Assembly: GCA_938001865.1 (NCBI GenBank)
Contig: CALLAW010000022.1
Span: 4,839-68,838, forward strand
Source: an uncultured Saprospiraceae bacterium
Lineage (GTDB): Bacteria; Bacteroidota; Bacteroidia; Chitinophagales; Saprospiraceae
Length of the DNA stretch: 64,000 nucleotides
Direction: 5' to 3'
Position numbers and translations under genes: made by a program. This document shows, one piece after another, positions 38,016-46,379 of the stretch. The notes below the pieces were generated by a model, which saw only the letters and a program-made list of their open reading frames with translations, did not search any database and was not told the DNA's origin. Within the stretch, counting starts at the first letter, position 1. Every line of letters starts with the position of its first letter.

Positions 38016-39866
38016 ATGCAAGCATATTTGAAATATCTACTCATAGGGGGACTTGCAAGTGCTATTTTCCTTCAGTTCTCTATTCTTCCTATTGAATGGA
38101 GATGGCTTGATTTGAAAGTAAGGAACTGCTCTGTGATCTCGATATTGGGTATTGGAGTGTTCCTGCTGTGGTTGGGTAAGTCATTGACAGTTCCCAAGTC
38201 ACTGATCACAGGATTGACTCTGAGTCTCCTGCTGATTAATATCGGTTCGGTGATGTGGGCGACACATCAGTCGCTAGTAATACCAAGTGTGATTGGATGG
38301 TCTAGTATCGTAGGGATCTATCTCATGACATACGCATTGCCGATAGGAGTGATGCGGAGCAAGATATTGAGAGGGTCTATACTATTAGTGATTTCGATTA
38401 ATGTAGGACAGATACTCCTGAGTTACTTCCAAGTGTTAGTCGCGAGCAATTGGCAACTCACACTGAGTCAGTTAGAAGCTGTACCTAGAGAGTACGGGCT
38501 AAATACAAATTTTTTGGGTTCGATGTTTCTTCTCTATATTCCCCTTTTGCTACAGCTTGATTATAGATCTTGGAAGAAGTGGGTAGCTTACTCTAATCTT
38601 GCGGTCATCCTCTGCCTACTCCCATTATTCAATAGTCGAGCTGTCACATTGGGATTGATATTGATGTTGGGGTTTTATCTCTGGCGGAGTTATCGCGAGG
38701 GGAAGATTCTGTACTTTCTGATAGGTCTTGTGGTGTACGCTGGTGTCACACTGATCAACTATCAGTCCATCATCTCTGACAAGAGTAGCTATATCCAGAG
38801 TTACAATCCATCGCGATCACTCATAGAAGATACTGGAGACGATCGTATTGACATTTGGTCCAATTCTTTGCGATTATTTATGGAGAGGCCACTCCTCGGT
38901 CATGGCGCTGGTAATTGGAAGACAGAGATCTATCTGTATGGGTACCATCGCTATAAGAATGGATTGAGAGTAGGTCATGCGCATAGTATCTGGATGGAGA
39001 CTCTCAGTGAGCTTGGTATCGTTGGGTTGATCGTATTGCTATCGTTGTGGATGAGTATATTTTGGTTTGCTCTGAAGACTAGACAGTGGCACTTATTGAT
39101 CGCATTAGTAGGGATGAGTTTGCTGAGTTCGTTCTACGGTATCTATCAACTCAATGATAATAATCTATCTTCTTATTTGATGCTCTTATTTGCTTGGTTG
39201 GGTATTTCTGTGAGGAGGATTGAGTCGCTGTCGCTAAATAGGGTTTATTTGATTCCGATCATACTCCTCCTTGCCGCAGCTGCTTATCTGAGTTATTCAC
39301 AGTTATTGCTCAGTCAATATTTGGGCAGGCTTGCGGGTCAGGATATTCCTGCTTTGCAGATGGAGTTAAAGGATTGGGATAAATACAATCATCGGTTCAC
39401 TTCGCGATTTCGTCAAGGGAAGCATCTCTTATTCATCAAGTCAAATCATCTGTGGAATATAGGCAAACGACATCAGGCACTATTGACACTAGAGGAGGCA
39501 CTTGACATATACCCCTATGATAAGAAAGCTTGGCAAGTCTGTGGCGAACGATCATTGAACCTTAAGAAATATAAGGATGCTGCAGTTTGCTTTGAAAATG
39601 CAGTGGAGCTCTACAATCACAATACCAAGTCATCTCTCCATCTCTGTCGTCTTGGACTGAGGTTCAATGATGATCGGATATTCCAGATAGGCATGCGTGG
39701 TTACTTTGACATTACTCTTCCCTCTTTCTTGGATAACTATAGAGATGAGTATATCACTGGGGATGACCGCAAAATCAGGAATTACTGGTTACAAGAATGT
39801 CATGCGATTGACCAGTATCAACTTTGCTTACAAGCATGGCAAGCTAAACAGCACCAAACAGAATAG
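38016..39866 (+). CDS. O-antigen ligase-like (Wzy_C domain) polytopic membrane protein with a C-terminal TPR-like soluble domain
   Basis: 616 aa with about 10-12 TM segments. It has 'FNSRAVTLGLILMLGFY', 'GHGAGNW' and 'HAHSIWMETLSELGIVGL'. The C-terminal ~170 aa are soluble with TPR-like helices ('ALLTLEEALDIYPYDKKAWQVCGERSLNLKKYKDAAVCFENAVEL'). Confidence 0.75.
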   Translation: MQAYLKYLLIGGLASAIFLQFSILPIEWRWLDLKVRNCSVISILGIGVFLLWLGKSLTVPKSLITGLTLSLLLINIGSVMWATHQSLVIPSVIGWSSIVGIYLMTYALPIGVMRSKILRGSILLVISINVGQILLSYFQVLVASNWQLTLSQLEAVPREYGLNTNFLGSMFLLYIPLLLQLDYRSWKKWVAYSNLAVILCLLPLFNSRAVTLGLILMLGFYLWRSYREGKILYFLIGLVVYAGVTLINYQSIISDKSSYIQSYNPSRSLIEDTGDDRIDIWSNSLRLFMERPLLGHGAGNWKTEIYLYGYHRYKNGLRVGHAHSIWMETLSELGIVGLIVLLSLWMSIFWFALKTRQWHLLIALVGMSLLSSFYGIYQLNDNNLSSYLMLLFAWLGISVRRIESLSLNRVYLIPIILLLAAAAYLSYSQLLLSQYLGRLAGQDIPALQMELKDWDKYNHRFTSRFRQGKHLLFIKSNHLWNIGKRHQALLTLEEALDIYPYDKKAWQVCGERSLNLKKYKDAAVCFENAVELYNHNTKSSLHLCRLGLRFNDDRIFQIGMRGYFDITLPSFLDNYRDEYITGDDRKIRNYWLQECHAIDQYQLCLQAWQAKQHQTE

Positions 39867-40525
39867 ATAAGATGCTCCTCACCAAGAGATTGGAGTTTGA
39901 ATACATTCTCTATCTTGAGATCAACAGAGGTGAAGTGACCTAAGATCGATCTTAAGTCACACTTATCTGTGAGTATCATGTATGTGATCCCTATGTAGTC
40001 TTGTCTCTCTTTGAGTTGTCTTGCCAATGACTTGAAGTACTGATAATCTTGTCCTGCATTGAATGCGTACTCATCTATTGAGTCAGCTGGATGTGCAAAA
40101 AACGGTGGATTGATAACCAGGACATCGAAGTGGCGATTGGGAATATTGGCAAAGAGATCAGATAAGTACGTATTGATCGGAAGATGAAGTCGAGCTGCAT
40201 TAGAGATCACTCCATCAATTGCGGCTGGATTGATATCTGAGACGTGGGCATCTACCTCACAGTTGAGAGCTAGATAGAGACTAATAGCCCCACTCCCACA
40301 GCCGAGCTCCAGAGTTGATTGACCTTTGAGGTCTCTAGTCAAGAGATAATCTAAGAAAGTCTCAGTAGTCAAGTATAGCTTAGGATGAAATACTGTAGGG
40401 TGCAATCGCAGAGCTATCCCTCTGAACTGTATAGTCCGAGGCAGTCGATAATACCATTTGATGAGAGGATAGATAACACTACTGAACCTAGAGGGTAAGA
40501 GGTATATGATTTTATTCAGAAGCAA
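39818..40525 (-). CDS. Class I SAM-dependent methyltransferase with an NPPF motif (HemK/PrmC-like amino-group methyltransferase type)
   Basis: 235 aa. SAM motif I 'LELGCGSGAISLYLA' and motif IV 'VLVINPPFF'. The start overlaps the upstream radical SAM gene by 14 nt. The 3' end overlaps the convergent Wzy_C gene by 49 nt. Confidence 0.75.
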   Translation of the reverse strand: MLLNKIIYLLPSRFSSVIYPLIKWYYRLPRTIQFRGIALRLHPTVFHPKLYLTTETFLDYLLTRDLKGQSTLELGCGSGAISLYLALNCEVDAHVSDINPAAIDGVISNAARLHLPINTYLSDLFANIPNRHFDVLVINPPFFAHPADSIDEYAFNAGQDYQYFKSLARQLKERQDYIGITYMILTDKCDLRSILGHFTSVDLKIENVFKLQSLGEEHLIYSVWCCLACHACKQS

Positions 40526-42029
40526 ATCCCTCTATTTCTGGTTGGCGATATCTGAGCCAAAATTTTTGTAAAAACTTCAGTTCGTACGGATACTTTAAGA
40601 TGTTGTACTTGTATCTCCACGATGCAATCGAAGAGATGACCTGAGATTGAAAAGGTGTCACTTTAGCATCGGTTTTAGTCGGATATCTTGCATTGAGTAC
40701 AGTTTCAAAGTTCTTGACTTTATCTACCATCTTTGGTGTCAACCACGGGGTGAGTGGATTTTTCCGAAGGTCAAAATTTTCCCAACTCGGATTCAACCAA
40801 TCTTCTAAGTCTTTAGGGAAAGAGAATCCGGCATTGACGATTTTTTGATAGAGTTCTGATCCTTCTGTGGGTACTGGGCTGTAGAGGTAGATGATGATCT
40901 CCGTATTGGGGTTGATCTCTTTGACTTCTTTGATGAACTTGATTTCTGCTTCGATTTGCTTCATGACTCGTTCATTACTCGGACCTGGAAACCCAAGGAC
41001 GAATGAGTACTCTGGGACGATTCCATACTTTCCTATCCTGTCAGCAAATGCCTTGATCTGTGCTCCTGTTTGCTTACCTCCCTTGTCTATACTATCGAGG
41101 ATCTCATCGCTGCCACTCTCTGCTCCGAGGAAGATCATCTTACACCCTGAGTCTGCCATGATCTTCAGAGATTCGTCTTTGTACTTGTCTATGGTGTCTA
41201 TACGTCCTTCGCCCCACCAAGTCATATTATGTGGTGCTATCAGCTTTGCAAATTCTACAGTTCTCTTTTCTGATACGAAGAAGTTATTGTCATGAAACTC
41301 TATGGCATCACCACCATAGTTGTTTTTGATCTGGATGATATCATCGTAGATAACCTGAGCTGACTTACCCTTCCATCTGGCTTCATAGATAGGCACTACT
41401 GCACAGAACGAACATGTAAATGGACAACCTAGACTAGAGTGATAAGCGATTGTTTTCTGACCTAAGTGAGTAGGCCTGAGATACCCTTCGATCGGATAGA
41501 AGTTATTGAGCTTAGCATATGGTAATCGAGGGAGACTATCTTGGTCTACCATCGACTGCTTAGTCGTCTTGATGATCTCACCATCAGGCAACTTGTAGAT
41601 GAGATTCTGGACAAATTCGTATGGCTTGTCATCTACGAGAGATTGGAGTAACAGTGGAAAAGCCACATCGCCTGGTCCATTGATGATAAAGTCTACGTAT
41701 CCACTATTGAGCACCACTTCATACTGATTAGATGCAAAGTATCCTCCCCAGATCGTCTTGATTTGGGGGTAGAGTTCTCTGATCTTCTTAGTGTATGGTA
41801 TCGCTTGCTTGAGCTGAGGTCCGGGCATGACGGTCGAGCCAAAAAACATAAAATCCCCAGTCTCGAGGTGAGATTGGATGACCTCCCATGGGTCAGTCTC
41901 TCTGTTACCATCGACAATCACCCAGTCAAAAAAACTGTCAATTGCAGCAGCTACTTGAAGGATAGAATTGGGAATTCTGTAGTTTTTGTTGGATACAGCT
42001 CGCGGATTAAATAGGAGGACTTTATTCAT
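40512..42029 (-). CDS. B12-binding-domain radical SAM protein (paralogue A)
   Basis: 505 aa. The N-terminal Rossmann-like B12-binding region begins 'KVLLFNPRA'. The CX3CX2C cluster is 'GCPFTCSFC', and 'FLGAESGSDEIL' follows. Confidence 0.85.
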   Translation of the reverse strand: MNKVLLFNPRAVSNKNYRIPNSILQVAAAIDSFFDWVIVDGNRETDPWEVIQSHLETGDFMFFGSTVMPGPQLKQAIPYTKKIRELYPQIKTIWGGYFASNQYEVVLNSGYVDFIINGPGDVAFPLLLQSLVDDKPYEFVQNLIYKLPDGEIIKTTKQSMVDQDSLPRLPYAKLNNFYPIEGYLRPTHLGQKTIAYHSSLGCPFTCSFCAVVPIYEARWKGKSAQVIYDDIIQIKNNYGGDAIEFHDNNFFVSEKRTVEFAKLIAPHNMTWWGEGRIDTIDKYKDESLKIMADSGCKMIFLGAESGSDEILDSIDKGGKQTGAQIKAFADRIGKYGIVPEYSFVLGFPGPSNERVMKQIEAEIKFIKEVKEINPNTEIIIYLYSPVPTEGSELYQKIVNAGFSFPKDLEDWLNPSWENFDLRKNPLTPWLTPKMVDKVKNFETVLNARYPTKTDAKVTPFQSQVISSIASWRYKYNILKYPYELKFLQKFWLRYRQPEIEGFASE

Positions 42030-42080
42030 AGTATCTTTAGGGTGTAAAAAATCTAAATTACAACTTTACTTACGGGATTT

Positions 42081-43196
42081 ATGAGGAAATCAGTTGTTCT
42101 TTTTTCATTTCTTTTCTTTTGCTGTCTATTTGAAATGTGTAAGACAAACAAAATCGAGCTTAATGAAAACATGATTTCTCTTCGATGGCATCAGTCATAT
42201 CCATCTGAGACACATCGAGATATTGAGACTGGTCTGATCTGGACGTTTCTCTATCTAGGAGCACACTGCAACGAATCCAATATCCGCAATGGACTAGAGT
42301 GGGTTGATGATCAGGTCTTGACTCTACAGATAGATCAGATGGGATTTGATCAGGAGTCACTTGATGCTATCCGTATCCTTGTCGATGAGCTCAAACAACT
42401 CTCTGAGTACAGATCATCGAGGAGTATCGATGTTGGCCGCTTTGTCATGTATCTCTATAATGAGAGTGATAATTATTACAAGATCACTCAGATGCCTACC
42501 ACTCTTGAGCAATTCGAAGAGAAGTATCACTTCGAAGAGCAGCCAAGATTTATCACTGCATATGGTGAATCATGTGTCTCCTCTGGTATCCGTATCTTCA
42601 ATGCAGCTCAGTCAGACGACTTGACACAGATCGCCTACTTAGCTCAGGAGGGTTATGGTGAGACAGTAGATGACTTCCAAGTCAAGGAGTTTGAAGTATT
42701 TGACTTCATGGATAATGGTCAACCAAGATTTGGGATCTACAATCTACAAGGAGATCTGATCACTGGTGCAGACGCTGATGTGAGCATTGCCGGTAAGCCT
42801 GCTAAGTGTATGTGGTGCCATACCTCAAGTGTGCAACCGATCATCTCTGCAGCTTCGTCGATAGATGGATTTGAGAGGTTGGATTCATTCAGTACCTTGA
42901 TCAAACAACAGAATGGGATCAGAAGGAAGTACCTTAGATCACAGGATCTGGACTTCGTCGTGGATAGTCTGGCGCAGCATTCTCTCGCAGAGCTTCTCTA
43001 CTTTACCTACGAGTACCCAACACCCCAACGCTTGCGATCAGAGGGGCTATCCCTAGATAGCATTGCTGATATTGATTATCACAAGAATCGGGAGTATCAG
43101 TTCTTTAACCTTGTCTTTGACTCTATGGTACATCGGAGTGTGATAGATCCGACCTTCAAATCATCAGCGAGAGAGACGGTCTGGACACCAGAGTAG
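42081..43196 (+). CDS. Hypothetical secreted protein with a single CXXCH motif
   Basis: 371 aa with signal peptide 'MRKSVVLFSFLFFCCLFEMC'. 'KCMWCHT' lies at nt 42807-42821. No other recognisable domain. Confidence 0.5.
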   Translation: MRKSVVLFSFLFFCCLFEMCKTNKIELNENMISLRWHQSYPSETHRDIETGLIWTFLYLGAHCNESNIRNGLEWVDDQVLTLQIDQMGFDQESLDAIRILVDELKQLSEYRSSRSIDVGRFVMYLYNESDNYYKITQMPTTLEQFEEKYHFEEQPRFITAYGESCVSSGIRIFNAAQSDDLTQIAYLAQEGYGETVDDFQVKEFEVFDFMDNGQPRFGIYNLQGDLITGADADVSIAGKPAKCMWCHTSSVQPIISAASSIDGFERLDSFSTLIKQQNGIRRKYLRSQDLDFVVDSLAQHSLAELLYFTYEYPTPQRLRSEGLSLDSIADIDYHKNREYQFFNLVFDSMVHRSVIDPTFKSSARETVWTPE

Positions 43197-43203
43197 GCAG
43201 CAT

Positions 43204-44793
43204 CTATTCGATGAGATAGACGGCAAAGTTTTCTCGCTTGACGATCCCATCATTGAAGGTTTTGAGGAGTTCTACTCCTGCGGGTAAAGGTTGCTCGAGT
43301 TGTGGTTGGAAGATGTCATCACCATTGTAGAGCAGTATCACTTTCTGGATTTGCATTTTGCTCAGATACTCTTTGGATTTAGTAATTGATATTGACAAGT
43401 CATATTGCTGATTTGGACTTCTCACTTTATCGAGTAATTTCCAATGACAAAAGTGCATGGACTCTGCTACATTGAGAAAGTAGATAGGTCGAGGAGTATA
43501 ATTATTGTAAGAGATACAATTGCAATATGCATTGGATACGACTGGAATAGCATCAAGTGAATTGTCCTTGATATAGGTATGAACACTTTTAGTATTAGAG
43601 AATGGTAGTCTGATGTCTTGGTAGAGATGATAGATAGCAGATACGGATTGCACAAGAATCAAAATCGCAATGAACACTTTGGATATCAATCGTCTTAATC
43701 TTGGGTGAGCACTAAAGGTGGAGGTGTGATGTAAACTGTCAATCCACTTCAATACAATAAGAGTTATAATCAAGATGCCTCCATACCGTACACCAGAATT
43801 CAATGTAGTAAAATATTGAAAACTACAAATCAAGAATGCTGTGAGATACCAAACGGACAAAAGCCATTTTTTCTCCCACTTAAATATGAATGGGAACAAC
43901 CATGATAGGAGAGCAAATGGAGCAATCAAAAACTTGAGATGTGTTGTCAGTAAATTAGTATTCCAGAAAAAATCAGAAGTAAAATCTGGTATCGGAACAA
44001 GTGCCTTAAAGAAGATCATGAGGGCATCAGCTAACCGATCAAAGTCAAACGAAAAGAATGAGATTGCCGATGAAGGGTGGTCACCCGGAGGAATAATAAA
44101 GTAAAGAGAAAGACCACAAAGTAAAGAATAGATCAATAGCCCTAATCTACTTATCGGCTTAGACTCAGTATGGTCCCATAGGGTCTTCCCCAAATAAATA
44201 CAGAGATAGGCAAGAGTAAAAATCAAGCCAAACAAATGCGTATTAGCGATCAGACCTAGGATCAGCCAAGGAAGCCAACGCCAATTGTATTGCTGTTGAT
44301 AAGCAACTGGTAAGCAAAAAGCGAAGAGCATCAATAAACCGTAATTGCGAGCAAGTACACCATACTCATACAGAGGGAAGTAACTGAAAATAAATGCAAT
44401 AACGAAGATCCGAGGTAGGGGAGACTTGAAGAGTAAGAGAGCCACAGCGAGCAGTGTAATGCTGCCATGAATGTACTGGATACACATGGGATTGTCCGTA
44501 ATACTCGAACCCAGATACATGATCATCAACCACAGCGAAGGATGACCATCATACTGATAATTGATTATCAAATCGCTAAGACTGTGAGACTCTCTGGCCA
44601 CTAACCAGTGATGACTTTCGTCCATCCACATTTCATGAGAGATAATGCCAGTAAATAACAAGATGGCATAGCAAACAAGAATCACAATATTGAAGAGCCG
44701 ATAATTTTTCACCGTCGGGTTTGTTGTCAACATGCTCGATGTCTGTACCATAAGAGAGAGATTAATGCTCAAGGAAGCAGTAAATATCGCCAA
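43204..44793 (-). CDS. Polytopic membrane protein, GT-C-like glycosyltransferase (ArnT/PMT-like)
   Basis: 529 aa with more than 10 TM segments. The first loop carries 'MWMDESHHWLVARE', resembling the DE/DxD loop motif of GT-C enzymes. The C-terminal ~150 aa are soluble. An alternative start is ATG 44733. Confidence 0.5.
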   Translation of the reverse strand: MAIFTASLSINLSLMVQTSSMLTTNPTVKNYRLFNIVILVCYAILLFTGIISHEMWMDESHHWLVARESHSLSDLIINYQYDGHPSLWLMIMYLGSSITDNPMCIQYIHGSITLLAVALLLFKSPLPRIFVIAFIFSYFPLYEYGVLARNYGLLMLFAFCLPVAYQQQYNWRWLPWLILGLIANTHLFGLIFTLAYLCIYLGKTLWDHTESKPISRLGLLIYSLLCGLSLYFIIPPGDHPSSAISFFSFDFDRLADALMIFFKALVPIPDFTSDFFWNTNLLTTHLKFLIAPFALLSWLFPFIFKWEKKWLLSVWYLTAFLICSFQYFTTLNSGVRYGGILIITLIVLKWIDSLHHTSTFSAHPRLRRLISKVFIAILILVQSVSAIYHLYQDIRLPFSNTKSVHTYIKDNSLDAIPVVSNAYCNCISYNNYTPRPIYFLNVAESMHFCHWKLLDKVRSPNQQYDLSISITKSKEYLSKMQIQKVILLYNGDDIFQPQLEQPLPAGVELLKTFNDGIVKRENFAVYLIE

Positions 44794-45493
44794 CTAAGAT
44801 AGAGTCATCTAAGTCCATGATAAGGTGAATCATCTCATCAGCTGGGACTGCTTGCTCTAGGCAAAATTCAAAATTTTCAAATGTGTAGTAATTGAACTTA
44901 TAGTTACCGATCTGAGAGATCAAGTTGATACAATCTATCGCATACTGTCTGAATGGCCGAGTGAACTCAAATGAAATAATGGGGATGGATGTACTCAATG
45001 CTCTCAGAGCAATGTGTTCAAATCCTTCGATATCTATCTTGAGATAATGTGGTCTACCGTGTGACTCGATCAGTTGGTCAAATGTCGTTGTGGTTACCTG
45101 AATCTGAGTGTCCCAATTGAGGAACTCTTGCTTAGCATATTCCTCTTTGAACTCTGTAGACAGAGTGGACACTTCGTCTTCATTGCAGAGCATGAGAGTG
45201 AGAGTCCCTACCTTATCTGCAATCGCAACTGGTAGGATTGAAAGTTTTGAAGATTGGATATTCTTAAGAGAGGTGAGACATGAGGGATGAGGTTCTACAG
45301 CGAGGACTCTTGTGCCGAGTTCTAGATAGAGTTGAGTGTACCTTCCATGATTAGCACCACAATCAAAGACAAGGTGGCCTTGCTCCAATATCTGACTATA
45401 GAATCTTCGCATCTTTTGTTTTTTGAGAGCGGTTCTATAGCTTGACTTTAATTGTTTGAGAATGTTTATCTTCATTTGATCGTCTATTGACAA
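44762..45493 (-). CDS. FkbM-family SAM-dependent methyltransferase
   Basis: 243 aa. 'VFDCGANHGRYT', 'VLAVEP' and 'LKIDIEGFE' are typical of FkbM-type methyltransferases. Confidence 0.8.
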   Translation of the reverse strand: MSIDDQMKINILKQLKSSYRTALKKQKMRRFYSQILEQGHLVFDCGANHGRYTQLYLELGTRVLAVEPHPSCLTSLKNIQSSKLSILPVAIADKVGTLTLMLCNEDEVSTLSTEFKEEYAKQEFLNWDTQIQVTTTTFDQLIESHGRPHYLKIDIEGFEHIALRALSTSIPIISFEFTRPFRQYAIDCINLISQIGNYKFNYYTFENFEFCLEQAVPADEMIHLIMDLDDSILVGDIYCFLEH

Positions 45494-45559
45494 TATGACG
45501 CTTGGTTAAAGCTAATGATAATTCAACCACTCGTCTAGTAATGCAATTGGTATTATTTT

Positions 45560-46279
45560 TTATTTAATTAATCTCTTCCCAATAGATGCCTTGATTTCCT
45601 CCTTGGAGTAAAAAAAGTTAGCGTATTGAGTATCATATAATCGTGAAAGATAGGCTTGTGGAAAGACAGCTGACTCAAGGAAATGTCGATACAACAGTGA
45701 GTAAGGTTTGTTACTTCCAACATTGTAGCGTTTGAGTTCAAATGATTCGCAACCAAGAAACTCCCTGAGTACTTGAGATTTAATTTTATCGGCTAGGTCC
45801 GTCCTCAATATCAGAAGATCGATATTGCCGATTTTTTGGCTAGACCACATGAGTGAGTGATCAAATGCCAAGTCGTAGACATTGATGCCTGTCATCCTCT
45901 CGAGCTCGTCTTCAAACCATAAGATTGGATAGTCATGATCGAGCTTGGTGTGATAGACTTGGAGTAATTCTTCTTGGCTTCCTTTCCAGTCTTCTGGTCT
46001 GACACCAGTGTGATATTGGAATGCTTCAAAGAATGCTGACAGATTCCGTTCCAAAGGATCACGTACGCAAGTGATGATTTTGATTGGTTTATTTTGCTTG
46101 AGTTGATGCTGATAGATGAGGCCTCCGACTTGTCTACTATCTGGGATTATATGGTGGCTCAGGGCAAGTGCCTCACTCTCCTTGATCTTGTGGTCATCCA
46201 GAGAGTGGATGTGGTATGGAGTGACGTCGCATTGACTCTTGATTGAGTGATAGATGGAGGTAGAGGCGACCTTAGCCAT
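45560..46279 (-). CDS. Sulfotransferase-family protein (start codon uncertain)
   Basis: 239 aa. There is a PAPS 5'-phosphosulfate-loop-like 'AKVASTS' at the very N-terminus and a 3'-phosphate motif-like 'VRDPLERNLSAFF'. See the finding on the missing beta1 strand and start codon. Confidence 0.6.
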   Translation of the reverse strand: MAKVASTSIYHSIKSQCDVTPYHIHSLDDHKIKESEALALSHHIIPDSRQVGGLIYQHQLKQNKPIKIITCVRDPLERNLSAFFEAFQYHTGVRPEDWKGSQEELLQVYHTKLDHDYPILWFEDELERMTGINVYDLAFDHSLMWSSQKIGNIDLLILRTDLADKIKSQVLREFLGCESFELKRYNVGSNKPYSLLYRHFLESAVFPQAYLSRLYDTQYANFFYSKEEIKASIGKRLIK

Positions 46280-46379
46280 GGTATAGACAGCTACGATTGG
46301 TTGGTTTCCCTTGAGGTGTTTTTTAGCTTGACTATAGCGATATCTTGCTAAGGTCTGGTACTTGATATATGAGATTAGT

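Noticed and set aside
40891-41295. 134-aa plus-strand ORF inside rSAM paralogue A, and similar antisense ORFs inside the RND pump gene (31600-31938, 33094-33612)
   Set aside because: They are shadow ORFs opposite strongly supported genes, and their translations are low-complexity and S/L/P-rich.
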